Below are positions 42,849-53,140 of a stretch of DNA of 64,000 nucleotides, piece after piece. The notes under the pieces are model-generated. The model was not told the origin of the DNA. It searched no databases and saw nothing but the letters and a program-made list of their open reading frames with translations. The translations under genes and the position numbers were made by a program. Source of the stretch: an uncultured Fimbriimonadales bacterium (GTDB taxonomy: Bacteria; Armatimonadota; Fimbriimonadia; Fimbriimonadales; GBS-DC); assembly GCA_937992175.1 (NCBI GenBank), contig CALKLF010000042.1:9743-73742 (forward strand), written 5' to 3'. Every line of letters begins with the position of its first letter. Within the stretch, counting starts at the first letter, position 1.

Positions 42849-45194
42849 CTATCGCTTCCTGAAGTTCACAATCGTCACGCCCTCGCCGCCTTCGGCGGTG
42901 GGGGCGTGGTCAAACGAACGCACCTGCGGGTGGGTTTTGAGGTAGCTCCAGACCATGTTGCGCAACGCGCCTGTGCCCTTGCCGTGCTGGATGCGCACGC
43001 TGTCGTAGCCCGCGAGGAGCGCGTCGTCGATATATTTCTCCAGCAGGAGTTGCGCCTCGTCCACGCGCTTGCCGTGCAGGTCTAACTCCAGCGGCACGGG
43101 CTGCGCTGGGCGCGGTTTACGCACGCGCACGGCGGGCTTCAGCGCGGCGGGCGCGTCCAGCGGCTCCAGATCGCTCACGGCGACCGGGATACGCAGCTTG
43201 CCGACATAGACCTGCGCCTGATTGCCGTCGGGCAGTTCGGCGAGCGTGCCCGTCTGCCCCAGGCTGCGGATCCGCACGCGCATGCCGACTTCCCAGGTCG
43301 GGGTGGGGGTGGAGGGGGTTGAGGGTGTCGGCTCTATGCGCTGGGCGGCACGCGCCTGTTCCATCAGCGTCGTGAGTTGCTCACGGAGCTGCGCCGTCTG
43401 CTTGTTTTCGCGCGACGCCTGACGTAGCTGGCGCAGGATCTGCTCGGCTTCGGCGCGGAGCTGCTCCAGATACGCCTCCACCGCCTGCTGCGCGCGCTGC
43501 CTCGCCGTGCGTTTTTCCCCTTCCAGCGCGGCGCGCTCCTCGTTCAGTCGCGCCTCTCGCTGGGCGAGTTCGGCGAGTTTCGCCCGCCATTCGGCTTCCG
43601 CCTGCTCTGCGGCGCGACGGGCGCGATCCAGATCCTGAATCATCTCCGTCAGGCTGACCTCTTGTGCGCCCAGCGATTCGGTCGCCCGCCTTGCCACGCG
43701 CTCAGATAGCCCCAGCCGGCGCGCAATCTCAATGGCATGGCTTGCGCCCGGCACGCCCATCAGCAGGCGATAGGTGGGCTGCAGGGTCTCCAGGTCGAAC
43801 TCCGTCGCGGCGTTGATGAGTTGCGGGTGGTGATAGGCGAAGGCTTTGAGTTCGCCGTAGTGGGTGGTGGCGACGACTCGCACCTCGCGCTCCAGCAGCG
43901 TCTGCAGGATTGCCCGCGCGAGCGCCGCACCCTCGGTCGGGTCCGTGCCTGCGCCCAGCTCGTCCAGCAGCACGAGGCTGTTGCGCCCCGCCTGCTCCAG
44001 ATAGCGAATGATGTGGCGCATATGCCCCGAAAAGGTCGAAAGCGACTGTTGCAGGCTCTGCTCGTCGCCGATGTCGGCAAAGACGCCGTTCGGAATCGCC
44101 ACGCGCGAGTTTTCCTTTGCGGGGATGTGCAGTCCCAGCAGGCTCATCAGCGTAAGCAGCCCCAGCGTTTTCAGGCTGACGGTTTTCCCGCCTGTATTCG
44201 GACCCGTAATCAGCACGCCGAGCCACTCGCGCCCTAACTCGATATCGATCGGCTTGACGAATTCGCGCGGAATCATCGGGTGGCGTGCGCCGCGCAGCCG
44301 CCACACGCCCTCTGTGTTCATCCGAGGCATCGTGCAGTCCCAGTCCAGCGCGAGCCTGCCCGCGGCGATGACGGCGTCAAGTTGCGCGAGCGCGTCGACA
44401 GTTTCCCAGAGGGCAGGGGCGTCCGCCTCCACCGCGCGCGACAGTCCGTACAGGATAGCCTCTATCTCCTCCTGCTCGGCGGCTTGCAATTCGCGCAGGC
44501 GGTTGCCGAGTTCGACAAGCGACTCGGGTTCGATAAACAGTGTTGCGCCACTCGCGCTGGCGTCGTGGACGATGCCTTTGACGCGCCCGCGCGAGTCGCT
44601 GCGCACGGGCAGGCAGTAGCGTCCACCCCGGATTGTGTAGTGGGGTTCCTGCAGGGCGTCGCGCAGGCTCTGGATGAGTCGGTGCAGCTCTTCGGTGATG
44701 CGCTTATGCAGGCGTTGCTGGTCGCGGCGCAGCTGCGCCAGGCGTTCGCTCGCGCTGTCCAGCACCTCGCCCGACGGCGAGATGCACAGCCCGATTTGCT
44801 TCTCCAGCGCGCTCAGCGTGTGCAGGCGTTCGGCATGGACAGCGAGGCGCGGGTAGCGATCGGCGCGGGGCAGCAGATGGCTCTTATACAGGCGCGCCCC
44901 CTGCAGCAGTTTCTGGATCTGGAGCAACTCTTCGGGGCTAAGCACGCCGCCTTTCTCGGCTTTTTGCAACGCGGGGCGCGGCTCGGGAACGCGCAACGGC
45001 GGGGGCGGCTCGCGCAGCAGCAAACGCGCGGCGGCGTCGGTCTCCTGCAAGCGCAGGTTCACCACATCCTCGTCGCGGCTCAACACACGCGCCAACGCAT
45101 ATTCGCATCCGAACGGCGTCTCAGCGCGTCGCGCCCACTCCTGCCGCACATAGTCCAGCTCCAGTACCTGGAGCGTATGCGCATCCCAGTCCAC
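42849..45194 (-). CDS. mutS2: Endonuclease MutS2 (MutS domain plus C-terminal Smr)
   Basis: 781 aa. ITGPNTGGKTVSLK, LLDELGAGTDP and an Smr domain LDLHGKRVDEA...IQHGKGTGALR. Confidence 0.9.
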   Translation of the reverse strand: MDWDAHTLQVLELDYVRQEWARRAETPFGCEYALARVLSRDEDVVNLRLQETDAAARLLLREPPPPLRVPEPRPALQKAEKGGVLSPEELLQIQKLLQGARLYKSHLLPRADRYPRLAVHAERLHTLSALEKQIGLCISPSGEVLDSASERLAQLRRDQQRLHKRITEELHRLIQSLRDALQEPHYTIRGGRYCLPVRSDSRGRVKGIVHDASASGATLFIEPESLVELGNRLRELQAAEQEEIEAILYGLSRAVEADAPALWETVDALAQLDAVIAAGRLALDWDCTMPRMNTEGVWRLRGARHPMIPREFVKPIDIELGREWLGVLITGPNTGGKTVSLKTLGLLTLMSLLGLHIPAKENSRVAIPNGVFADIGDEQSLQQSLSTFSGHMRHIIRYLEQAGRNSLVLLDELGAGTDPTEGAALARAILQTLLEREVRVVATTHYGELKAFAYHHPQLINAATEFDLETLQPTYRLLMGVPGASHAIEIARRLGLSERVARRATESLGAQEVSLTEMIQDLDRARRAAEQAEAEWRAKLAELAQREARLNEERAALEGEKRTARQRAQQAVEAYLEQLRAEAEQILRQLRQASRENKQTAQLREQLTTLMEQARAAQRIEPTPSTPSTPTPTWEVGMRVRIRSLGQTGTLAELPDGNQAQVYVGKLRIPVAVSDLEPLDAPAALKPAVRVRKPRPAQPVPLELDLHGKRVDEAQLLLEKYIDDALLAGYDSVRIQHGKGTGALRNMVWSYLKTHPQVRSFDHAPTAEGGEGVTIVNFRKR

Positions 45195-45216
45195 GCAAGG
45201 ATTGTACCAGACGCGC

Positions 45217-46002
45217 TTACTGGCAGTACCGAATCTGGAACGGCGCGTTCATGCCCCACGGCGCCCACGGACCAAACGGATAGTTGTCGCCGTCCGCGCA
45301 GCAGGGCGGATAGACCCAGTCGCCTGGTCGTCTGCCGTCGCGTCCCCCGCGCAGGCTGGGGCGCAGCCATTTCACATGCCCGTCCATCCACAGGATGTTC
45401 GTGCCGCCTGAGTGCTTGAACCAGATTTCGTTTGTCTGTCCGCAGTCGATATCGGTATCCGCGGTGGCGTTCGAGAGTTCCACGCCGTCGCGTCCGCGCA
45501 CCTCCAGCAGGAAGATCGACTCCGTCGGCTTCTCCCAGGTGGCGATTGCAGGATAATCCAGCACATGCTCGCTAAGCGCGTAGCTCATGTGGAAGTCATA
45601 GGTGCGCGCGGGCGAGAGGGTCAAGCCCCACTCGGGCAGCGGGCGCGTGCGAAAGTTCGGCGACATGATAATCGGGTTGCTGGGGCAGCTAAAGAAGTTG
45701 TCGCGAGTGCCCTGAATACCGTTGGGCTTCATTTTGATATAGGGTATCAACAGGAAGGGCCACCAGTCCTCCTGCCAGTAGCGATTGGGAATCGATGGGT
45801 TACTGGGGCGCGTGAAGAACTGTTCGTCAAAATCTTGTAGATACATCTGCTGGGCGATGCCCAGCTGTTTCAAGTTCGACGCGCAAACTGTCTGGCGCGC
45901 TTTCTCACGCGCCTGCGCAAAGACGGGAAACAGAATCGCCGCTAAGATGGCGATGATGGCGATGACCACCAGCAACTCGATGAGCGTGAAACCTTTCCGC
46001 AT
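45217..46002 (-). CDS. Prepilin-type N-terminal cleavage/methylation protein with H-X9-DG motif (DUF1559-like pseudopilin)
   Basis: [37 protein letters not shown] and [20 protein letters not shown] before ATG 46002. Confidence 0.8.
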   Translation of the reverse strand: MRKGFTLIELLVVIAIIAILAAILFPVFAQAREKARQTVCASNLKQLGIAQQMYLQDFDEQFFTRPSNPSIPNRYWQEDWWPFLLIPYIKMKPNGIQGTRDNFFSCPSNPIIMSPNFRTRPLPEWGLTLSPARTYDFHMSYALSEHVLDYPAIATWEKPTESIFLLEVRGRDGVELSNATADTDIDCGQTNEIWFKHSGGTNILWMDGHVKWLRPSLRGGRDGRRPGDWVYPPCCADGDNYPFGPWAPWGMNAPFQIRYCQ

Positions 46003-46094
46003 GGCGTTCTCCTCCTGAGACGCCCCAAGCATACCGAGAGAGAGTTTAAGGTTTTGTTAAGAACATCACGAATTGAAGCCTCCAGCATTTCAGG

Positions 46095-46100
46095 TATAAT
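46095..46100 (+). promoter_or_regulatory. -10 box TATAAT (CAGGTATAAT) upstream of rpmB-murB
   Basis: Perfect hexamer 27 nt before the ATG, with an AGGAGG SD in between. Confidence 0.4.
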
Positions 46101-46127
46101 ACCGCCTCGACGACACAGGAGGCAATC

Positions 46128-46352
46128 ATGGCACAGGTTTGCGAAGTCTGCGGCAAAGGACCGATGTTCGGCAACAGCATTCAGCACAGGCATTCGGGGC
46201 AGTGGCGGTATCGCGCTCCGAAGACGAAGCGTCAGTGGTCGCCGAACCTGCAGACGGTGCGCGCCTATGTGAACGGCGGGAAGACCGTGCGGCGCGTTCG
46301 GGTCTGCACGCGCTGTCTGAAGGCGGGCAAGGTGCAACGCGCCGTCGGATGA
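46128..46352 (+). CDS. rpmB: 50S ribosomal protein L28
   Basis: MAQVCEVCGKGPMFGNSIQHRHSGQWRYRAPKTKRQWSPNLQTV is a typical L28 sequence. Confidence 0.9.
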   Translation: MAQVCEVCGKGPMFGNSIQHRHSGQWRYRAPKTKRQWSPNLQTVRAYVNGGKTVRRVRVCTRCLKAGKVQRAVG

Positions 46353-47332
46353 ACTGGGACGCTTTGCTGGAACCGCTGTCGCGGCTCTGTATCGGCGTAC
46401 CGCGCCGGGCAGAGCCGCTTAGGCGTCATACCACCTTGCGGGTGGGTGGTCCTGCCGCGCTCTTTTATAAGACGCGCGATCTCGAAGAGTTCGCCCGAAT
46501 TTCGATTTGGGCGCACCAACACGCCGTGCCAGTTTTTATTATGGGGCACGGCAGCAATATTTTAGTCAGCGATTGCGGCGTTCCTGCGCTCGTCCTCTAT
46601 AATGCCTGTCAGCGGATGGCGATCGGCGAGGAAACCTACGCCGAGACGGGCGTGTCGTTTCGCGATCTTTTTCTGAAGACGGCGCAGGCAGGTCTGAGCG
46701 GGTTGGAGTTCGCCGTGGGTATTCCAGGCACGCTGGGCGGCGCGCTGGTCTCCAACGCGGGGGCGTACCGCAGCAATATCGCGGATCTACTCGTTGAGCT
46801 CGATCTGGTTTCGGAGGGTGTGCGCCTGCGTACCACGCCCAACTGGATGGAGTTTTCATATCGTGACAGCCGTTTGCGTCGTCCGAACGCGCCCCCGACC
46901 AGCCTGCTTGCAGTGCGGATGCGCCTCAAGCCCGACCGCCGGCTCGAGATTCTCCGTCGGGCGCGGGGGTTTCAACTGCAGCGCATCCTCAAGCAGCCCC
47001 CTGAATCCTCGGCGGGCAGCTTTTTCAAAAATGTCTATGACCGCACCCTGGCGGATCGGTTGCCAAACCTGCCTGCCCCGATGCGCGAAGTAGGGGTTGT
47101 ACCTGCAGGTTATCTCATCGAGGCGTGCGGGTTGAAGGGCTATGCCATAGGCGGCGCATGCGTCTCGCGCAAGCATGCCAACTTCCTCATCAATCGCGGC
47201 TGGGCAACGGCGCACGATTTCGATCGGCTCGCCCGACATATCGAACGCGTGGTGTACGAAACCTACGGCGTGCAACTGGAGCGCGAGGTGCTGCGCGTTG
47301 GTGATTGGGAAGAGGGCGCGGATGTGCCATAA
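46349..47332 (+). CDS. murB: UDP-N-acetylenolpyruvoylglucosamine reductase
   Basis: TTLRVGGPAALF, GHGSNILVSD, GIPGTLGGALVSNAGAY and SAGSFFKN. The ATGA overlaps the rpmB stop. Confidence 0.88.
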   Translation: MNWDALLEPLSRLCIGVPRRAEPLRRHTTLRVGGPAALFYKTRDLEEFARISIWAHQHAVPVFIMGHGSNILVSDCGVPALVLYNACQRMAIGEETYAETGVSFRDLFLKTAQAGLSGLEFAVGIPGTLGGALVSNAGAYRSNIADLLVELDLVSEGVRLRTTPNWMEFSYRDSRLRRPNAPPTSLLAVRMRLKPDRRLEILRRARGFQLQRILKQPPESSAGSFFKNVYDRTLADRLPNLPAPMREVGVVPAGYLIEACGLKGYAIGGACVSRKHANFLINRGWATAHDFDRLARHIERVVYETYGVQLEREVLRVGDWEEGADVP

Positions 47333-47340
47333 TATTTGGT

Positions 47341-47763
47341 ATGAACCGGATTATCGTGGGGTGTCTGGGGTTGCTGGTCGGGTACACAATCACAGGTTGC
47401 CAGCGCGCTTCGTACACGGAAGCGGATGTGCATGACGCGATTGCGGAGCGTCAGGGGCAAACGCAGATTGAGATTGAGCGGGGTGTGCGCGCCGCGCCGC
47501 CTGTTGAAGTGGCGGCTCCGTCTTCAGACGACGGGGCGTCGTCGGGAGGCGGTACTGCGCCGAATCCAGGAAGCGTGGAGCTGCCGCCGCCCACTCGATA
47601 CGACACCCCTGCGCCGCGCTCGACAAGCGGCGATACGCCCGTGCAGTCGCCGCCCCCCGTCGGCGATGTGAAACTGGATCCCCAAACGGGACAGTACGGG
47701 ATTCAGCCGCCCGGCGCGCCAGACACTTATACCATCCCATTAGACCGACAGCAGGGTCAATAA
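47341..47763 (+). CDS. Proline/glycine-rich lipoprotein (hypothetical)
   Basis: Signal peptide MNRIIVGCLGLLVGYTITGC with an I-T-G-C lipobox. The remainder is low-complexity and P-rich. Confidence 0.55.
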   Translation: MNRIIVGCLGLLVGYTITGCQRASYTEADVHDAIAERQGQTQIEIERGVRAAPPVEVAAPSSDDGASSGGGTAPNPGSVELPPPTRYDTPAPRSTSGDTPVQSPPPVGDVKLDPQTGQYGIQPPGAPDTYTIPLDRQQGQ

Positions 47764-47845
47764 GCCGCTGCCCGCCGCTTGCCTGCATTCCCTCGCGGGG
47801 AAGGTATACTATCTCTCGCCCCGTTCGCAGGGCAGGAGAGAGCCT

Positions 47846-49621
47846 ATGGCGGAAGTGCGCTCGATTTTAGCGACCGACTGCGGCAGCACGACCACGAAAG
47901 CGATACTGATTGAGAAGCGCGGCGAGGAGTACCGACTCATCCATCGCGGCGAGGCGCCTACCACTGTCGAAGCCCCCTTCGACGATGTGACCATCGGTGT
48001 GTTGAATGCCACGCGCGAACTAGAAGACCTTACCGAGCGCGAATTGATACAGGACGGCAAGATTCTCACGCCCCAGCTCGACGCAAAGCGCGGCGTGGAT
48101 TTGTACCTATCCACCTCCAGCGCGGGCGGCGGACTGCAGATGATGGTGATGGGCGTAGTGCGCCAGATGTCCGCCGAGAGCGCGCAACGCGCCGCGTTAG
48201 GCGCAGGCGCAATCATCATGGATGTCATCGCCATCGACGACGGGCGCAAAGATTATCAGAAAATTCAACGCCTGCGCGAGCTGCGCCCCGACATCGTGTT
48301 GCTCTCTGGCGGCACGGATGGTGGCACGATTACACACCTGGTGGAACTCGGCGAACTGCTCATCGCGGCAGACCCGCGCCCACGCTTCGGCACGATGAAC
48401 CTGCCGGTGATTTTTGCAGGCAACAAGGACGCCCGCGAGGAAATCCAACACCTGCTCGGAGAGCGTTTCGACCTGCGCATCGTGGACAACCTGCGCCCCG
48501 AACTGGATCGCGAGAATCTCGGTCCCGCCCGCGAAGCCATTCACGAACTGTTTCTTGAGCATGTGATGCAGCAAGCCCCCGGCTACTCCAAGCTGATGAC
48601 TTGGACCTCCGCCGACATCATGTCCACCCCGAACGCCGTCGGCAAGATTATGGTGACCATCGCCGAGCAGCGCGGGATTAATATTCTGGGCGTGGACATC
48701 GGTGGCGCGACGACCGATGTGTTCTCGGTGTTCGACGGCAACTACACGCGCACGGTGAGCGCGAACCTCGGCATGAGCTACTCCATCTGTAATGTGATGC
48801 TGGAGGCGGGCGTCCAGAACATCTGTCGCTGGCTGCCGTTCGATATCGAGGAGTACGAGGTGCGCAACCGCCTGCGCAACAAGATGATCCGCCCCACGAC
48901 TATCCCGCAGACCTACGAAGATTTGCTTCTGGAGCAGGCGGTGGCGCGCGAGGCGCTGCGTCTGGCGTTCATCCATCACAAGCAACTCGCGCGCGGACTG
49001 AAAGGCGTGCAGCAGCAGCGCACCATCGGCGAGGCGCTGGAACAGGCGGAAACGGGCAAGACGCTCGTGAACATGATGAAACTGAACATGATTGTGGGCA
49101 GCGGTGGTGTGTTGAGCCACGCGCCCAAACGCGCTCAATCCGCCCTGATGATGATGGACGCCTACCAGCCGGAAGGCGTGACGATGCTGGCGGTGGACTC
49201 GATCTTCATGATGCCCCAGCTCGGCGTGCTGTCCACGGTTCATCCCGAGGCGGCGGCGCAGGTGTTCGACCGCGACTGCCTGATTCGGCTTGGCTCCTGC
49301 GTCGCGCCAGTCGGACAGGGCAAGGAGGGCGAACCGTGCGTCACGATTGAATACAACGGCAAGAGCGAGACCTTCCGCTACGGCGAGCTGCGCGTGTTGC
49401 CGCTGGGCGTCGGGGAGACCCTGCAGGCGACCATCCGTCCCGCGCGCAACTTCGATGTCGGCGCAGGGAAAGGCAAGTCGGTGGAGGCGACACTGGAAGG
49501 AGGCGTCGTCGGCGTGGTGGTCGATGCGCGGGGACGACCGCTGCAATTACCTCCCGATAGCCTCATGCGTCGCCAAAAACTGCTGGAGTGGATGAGCGCG
49601 CTGGGGCTGCCGAAACCATAA
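47846..49621 (+). CDS. GlmL/MutL-family ASKHA-fold ATPase (glutamate-mutase-accessory-like), long form
   Basis: ILATDCGSTTTKAILIE, LLSGGTDGG and ILGVDIGGATTDVFSV. No mutase genes are adjacent. Confidence 0.6.
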   Translation: MAEVRSILATDCGSTTTKAILIEKRGEEYRLIHRGEAPTTVEAPFDDVTIGVLNATRELEDLTERELIQDGKILTPQLDAKRGVDLYLSTSSAGGGLQMMVMGVVRQMSAESAQRAALGAGAIIMDVIAIDDGRKDYQKIQRLRELRPDIVLLSGGTDGGTITHLVELGELLIAADPRPRFGTMNLPVIFAGNKDAREEIQHLLGERFDLRIVDNLRPELDRENLGPAREAIHELFLEHVMQQAPGYSKLMTWTSADIMSTPNAVGKIMVTIAEQRGINILGVDIGGATTDVFSVFDGNYTRTVSANLGMSYSICNVMLEAGVQNICRWLPFDIEEYEVRNRLRNKMIRPTTIPQTYEDLLLEQAVAREALRLAFIHHKQLARGLKGVQQQRTIGEALEQAETGKTLVNMMKLNMIVGSGGVLSHAPKRAQSALMMMDAYQPEGVTMLAVDSIFMMPQLGVLSTVHPEAAAQVFDRDCLIRLGSCVAPVGQGKEGEPCVTIEYNGKSETFRYGELRVLPLGVGETLQATIRPARNFDVGAGKGKSVEATLEGGVVGVVVDARGRPLQLPPDSLMRRQKLLEWMSALGLPKP

Positions 49622-49643
49622 CGCACAGGGCGGGACAACGCCT

Positions 49644-50633
49644 TCACACAATCCCCGCCCGCAGTAAGTCTTTCAGCACAATCATCCCGATTGGTCTGCC
49701 CTGCTCGTCCAGCACGGGCAGGTCGCCGATTTTGGCGGGCGCGCTGTTGAACCGTTCCAGCACTTCAATCGCGAGCGGGTTGCCGCGCAGGGTCATCGGG
49801 TGGCGGGTCATGGCTTCCGTGACGGGGCGTCCGAGCGCGGTCTCATCTTGCAGCAGGCGTCGCCGAATGTCGCCGTCGGTGACCAGCCCGACCATCACGC
49901 CATCGGAGTCCACGACGCACGCGGCGCCTGCGCCCGCTTTGGTAATGGCGAACAGCGCATCGCGCAACAGGGCGGCATCAGGCACAACCGCGAGCGCGTC
50001 GCCTGTGCGCATCACATCGTGGGCGCGAATCAGCAGCCGTCGCCCCAGGGCGCCTGCAGGGTGGTTCAGCGCGAAGTCGCGCGGGCTGAACCCGCGCATC
50101 GCCATCGTCGCCATCGCCAGCGCGTCGCCGAGCGCCAGCATCGCCGTCGTGCTGGCGGTGGGCGCAAGGTTGTGCGGGCACGCCTCCCGCTCGACGGGAA
50201 TCTCCAGCACCAAATCCGCCATCCTGCCCAGCGTCGAGTCGGGACGCCCCGTGAACACGATAGTATACACCCGCAGGCGTTTCAGCGCGGGGCACAACAG
50301 CGTCAACTCGTCGCTCTCCCCCCGAAACGAGAGCAGAATCGCCACATCCTGCTCGGTAATCGTGCCGAGGTCGCCGTGCGCGGCTTCGGTCGGGTGAACG
50401 AAAATCGCGGGCGTGCCCGTGCTGCTGAATGTGCCTGCGAGTTTACGGGCAATCGCGCCCGATTTGCCCACACCGCTCAGCACCACGCGCCCCTCGCACT
50501 CCAGCAACGCCCGCACCGCCCGCTCGAAGCGCGAATCGAGCGAGTCCATCAATCGCTGGAGGGCTTCCGACTCAATCTGCAGCACTTCACGCGCCACAGT
50601 TAGCGCATCCGTGCGCTCCAGAGTCACGTTCAT
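49644..50633 (-). CDS. kpsF: Arabinose-5-phosphate isomerase (KpsF/GutQ: SIS plus tandem CBS)
   Basis: GRVVLSGVGKSGAIARKLAGTFSSTGTPA, then two CBS repeats. The start overlaps the sigma gene stop (ATGA). Confidence 0.85.
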   Translation of the reverse strand: MNVTLERTDALTVAREVLQIESEALQRLMDSLDSRFERAVRALLECEGRVVLSGVGKSGAIARKLAGTFSSTGTPAIFVHPTEAAHGDLGTITEQDVAILLSFRGESDELTLLCPALKRLRVYTIVFTGRPDSTLGRMADLVLEIPVEREACPHNLAPTASTTAMLALGDALAMATMAMRGFSPRDFALNHPAGALGRRLLIRAHDVMRTGDALAVVPDAALLRDALFAITKAGAGAACVVDSDGVMVGLVTDGDIRRRLLQDETALGRPVTEAMTRHPMTLRGNPLAIEVLERFNSAPAKIGDLPVLDEQGRPIGMIVLKDLLRAGIV

Positions 50634-51364
50634 AGCAGGTTATCGTCTAATTCGGGCGTGATGCGCGTGCGCCGCCGCCGACGCGGACACTGCGACAGCT
50701 CGCCGTAGTTCTCTTCGTAGACCTGAATTAGTTTTTTCTTCACACGCTGCAGCGCGTTATCGATACACTTCGTGCCTCTACACAACAGTTCTGACATTTG
50801 CTTGTAAGATAAACCGTCCAGATAGAACTCCAGCACCTGCTTTTCCAGATCACTCATTTTCTCGCGCGCCATGTGCATCACGGCGAGCGGGATGCGCCGC
50901 TGCAGAATCCACTCTTCGGGGGTGAGTGCGTTCGGGTCGGGCAGAATGTCGGTCAGGTTCGAATCGGTTTCGTCGTTGTGGTGGTTCTGGAGCGGGCGAT
51001 AGAGCGAGATGTAATCGTTGAGCGGCCCATGTTTCTGGCGGGTGGCGGCTTTCACAGCGGAGATAATCTGTCGAGTCACGCACAGCTCGGCGAACGGACG
51101 GAACTTATGTACGCGCTCGTCACGGAAGTCGCGAATCGCTTTGAACAGCCCGATTAAGCCCTCCTGCACCACATCCTCGTGGTCGGCGCCGATTAAAAAG
51201 TAAGAACGCGCCTTGCTCTCGACCAGCGAGCGGTATCGCTTGAGTAGGGTCTCGGTGGCGCGTTCACTGCCTTGCTTTGCGTAGAAAACGAGTTCCTCAT
51301 CCGCCATAAAGGTCGTACACAGTCCCGCGTCGTCGTAATGGTACTGGTTGTCCATCATCGCCAT
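50630..51364 (-). CDS. Sigma-70 family factor closely resembling Bacillota SigH
   Basis: KARSYFLIGADHEDVVQEGLIGLFKAIRDFRDERVHKFRPFAELCVTRQIISAVKAATRQKHGPLN ... LEFYLDGLSYKQMSELL...KCIDNALQRVKKKL parallels B. subtilis SigH almost motif for motif. GGAGGG SD. Confidence 0.75.
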   Translation of the reverse strand: MAMMDNQYHYDDAGLCTTFMADEELVFYAKQGSERATETLLKRYRSLVESKARSYFLIGADHEDVVQEGLIGLFKAIRDFRDERVHKFRPFAELCVTRQIISAVKAATRQKHGPLNDYISLYRPLQNHHNDETDSNLTDILPDPNALTPEEWILQRRIPLAVMHMAREKMSDLEKQVLEFYLDGLSYKQMSELLCRGTKCIDNALQRVKKKLIQVYEENYGELSQCPRRRRRTRITPELDDNLL

Positions 51365-51630
51365 GCCTGAATCCCTCCGTCGGTTGGTTTGCCAAGCCCA
51401 CACCGAGAGCCGCGGCGTTCGCGAGTACACTCCCTGCTTGCCCACTGTCCTCGCCTCACGCCTGCGCTATGAGTTGTCCGTGCAGCGCTCCCCTGCGGAC
51501 ATGATTAGTTTAGACGATTCCCAACCGAAAAGTCAAGAGTCTGGGGCAAATTTGGGGCAATTTCTCCCCCAAATTGGCAGGAATTCGGCGCGGGCGTCGA
51601 ATCGAGCGCGTTGCGTAGCGGCGGGGAGGA

Positions 51631-51636
51631 TATAAT
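51631..51636 (+). promoter_or_regulatory. -10 box TATAAT (GGAGGATATAAT) upstream of 51661
   Basis: Perfect hexamer, followed by a GGAGG SD and an ATG. Confidence 0.35.
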
Positions 51637-51660
51637 ACACGCCGATATGGAGGTCGACCT

Positions 51661-53121
51661 ATGGAGAATCGGGATCGGATCTGGAGCCTGGTAGCGCTGA
51701 CCGGGCTGACCGCGACAGGGATTGCCGCATGGCAGCCGCAGTCATCGCCCTTGCAAATCCTCAAAGGAGAGCCGAATCGGCTGACGATGCAGTTTCGTGG
51801 GGCGAAACCCGCGATGGTAGAAGTGGTGGTGGACGGGCTGATTGTCGCCACGCGCCATCTGAGCGGGCGAGCTGACCAGCTGACACTGAACCTGCAAAAC
51901 ACAGGGCTGGCACCGGGCAGCCACGAAGCGACCATCAAGCTTTACGACGCACAGGGACGGCTGATAAGCCAGCGCCAGACGCGCATCGAACTGCTGCCTG
52001 ACCCCCACAGTCCCCTGACCATCGTCGTGCCGCGCAACGGCAGTCAGCTCGCGGGCGATGTACCCATCGAGGCGCGCCTGAATCGGCAGGGGCAAGCATA
52101 TGTATCGTTTTTTATCGATGGACAGATCCGCGGGCTGCGTAACTACCCGCCCTATGTCTACAACTGGGACACCACGCGCGAGACGAACGGCTGGCACACG
52201 ATTGAGGTCTGGAGCTACGACGGCAATCAGACGCTGAAGACGCCCCCGATGCGCGTGTATGTGAACAACCCGGGCGGGCGCACGGATCGACAGCAAACCG
52301 CAGTAGAAGAAGCCGCCGTCGCGGAGCCTGAGACGGCGGCGGTGGAGACCGCGCCTGTGGCATCGGAGAACGCGATGCGGGTCGCCCTCGCGCCTGAGAC
52401 GCGCCTGTGCGAGTCGGTTCGCCTGAGCGCGCCCCCTGCGCCTGAAGCGGAGCCTGCTGAGCCAATCGTGCTGACGGAGACGGCAGAAGCAGCTCCAGAG
52501 ACGACCGCGCCCCCAACGGCAGAGTCGCTGCTCAGCCCGAACCGCCTGAGCGCGCCGCAGGAAGAGCCGAGCCTGAAGGCGGTTGAGACCGCGCCGATGC
52601 AAGCGATACGCCTTGCCCGCGCTGTCGATGCTGAACCCCAGATGCGCGGACAGAAGCTGAGCGCGCCTCGAATCGCCCGCGCGCCCGCGAGAACGCCCGC
52701 GCCTGCGCCCACCACAAGTGCATGGCTGACTATCGAAACGGGCACGCGCCTGCCTGCCTCCGTTGCGCGGTTTGAGGTCGCGCTGGACGGCGCGCTGCTG
52801 AGCTTCGATGTCGCCCCGCAGGTGGAGGACGGCGTCGCGCTCGTGCCGTTGCGCTCCGTGCTGGAGCAGCTCAGCGCGCGCCTGCGCTGGGACAATCAGA
52901 GCAAGACCGCCTACGCCGAGCTGAACGGACGGACAATCGCGCTGCATGTGCGCAAAAACCAGATCCTGGTGGACGGCGACGCTGTGCCCACTGATGCGCC
53001 GCTGCGCATCGTGCGCGGGCGCGTGCTGGTTCCCGCCTCCGCGCTGCGTGAAATGCTGAACGCCGAGACCGCGTTCGACGGCGCGAACGGGCAGCTAGTG
53101 ATTAACACGGGCAAGGAGTAG
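51661..53121 (+). CDS. Secreted or anchored protein: Ig-like domains, A/E/P-rich linker, copper-amine-oxidase-N-terminal-like (stalk) domain
   Basis: 486 aa. Two Ig-like modules (GSHEATIKLYD..., GWHTIEVWSYDG) and a C-terminal GVALVPLRSVLEQLSARLRWDNQSKTAYAELNGRTIAL...GRVLVPASALREML. Confidence 0.6.
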   Translation: MENRDRIWSLVALTGLTATGIAAWQPQSSPLQILKGEPNRLTMQFRGAKPAMVEVVVDGLIVATRHLSGRADQLTLNLQNTGLAPGSHEATIKLYDAQGRLISQRQTRIELLPDPHSPLTIVVPRNGSQLAGDVPIEARLNRQGQAYVSFFIDGQIRGLRNYPPYVYNWDTTRETNGWHTIEVWSYDGNQTLKTPPMRVYVNNPGGRTDRQQTAVEEAAVAEPETAAVETAPVASENAMRVALAPETRLCESVRLSAPPAPEAEPAEPIVLTETAEAAPETTAPPTAESLLSPNRLSAPQEEPSLKAVETAPMQAIRLARAVDAEPQMRGQKLSAPRIARAPARTPAPAPTTSAWLTIETGTRLPASVARFEVALDGALLSFDVAPQVEDGVALVPLRSVLEQLSARLRWDNQSKTAYAELNGRTIALHVRKNQILVDGDAVPTDAPLRIVRGRVLVPASALREMLNAETAFDGANGQLVINTGKE

Positions 53122-53140
53122 CCCTCTCGCGGGTTCAATC

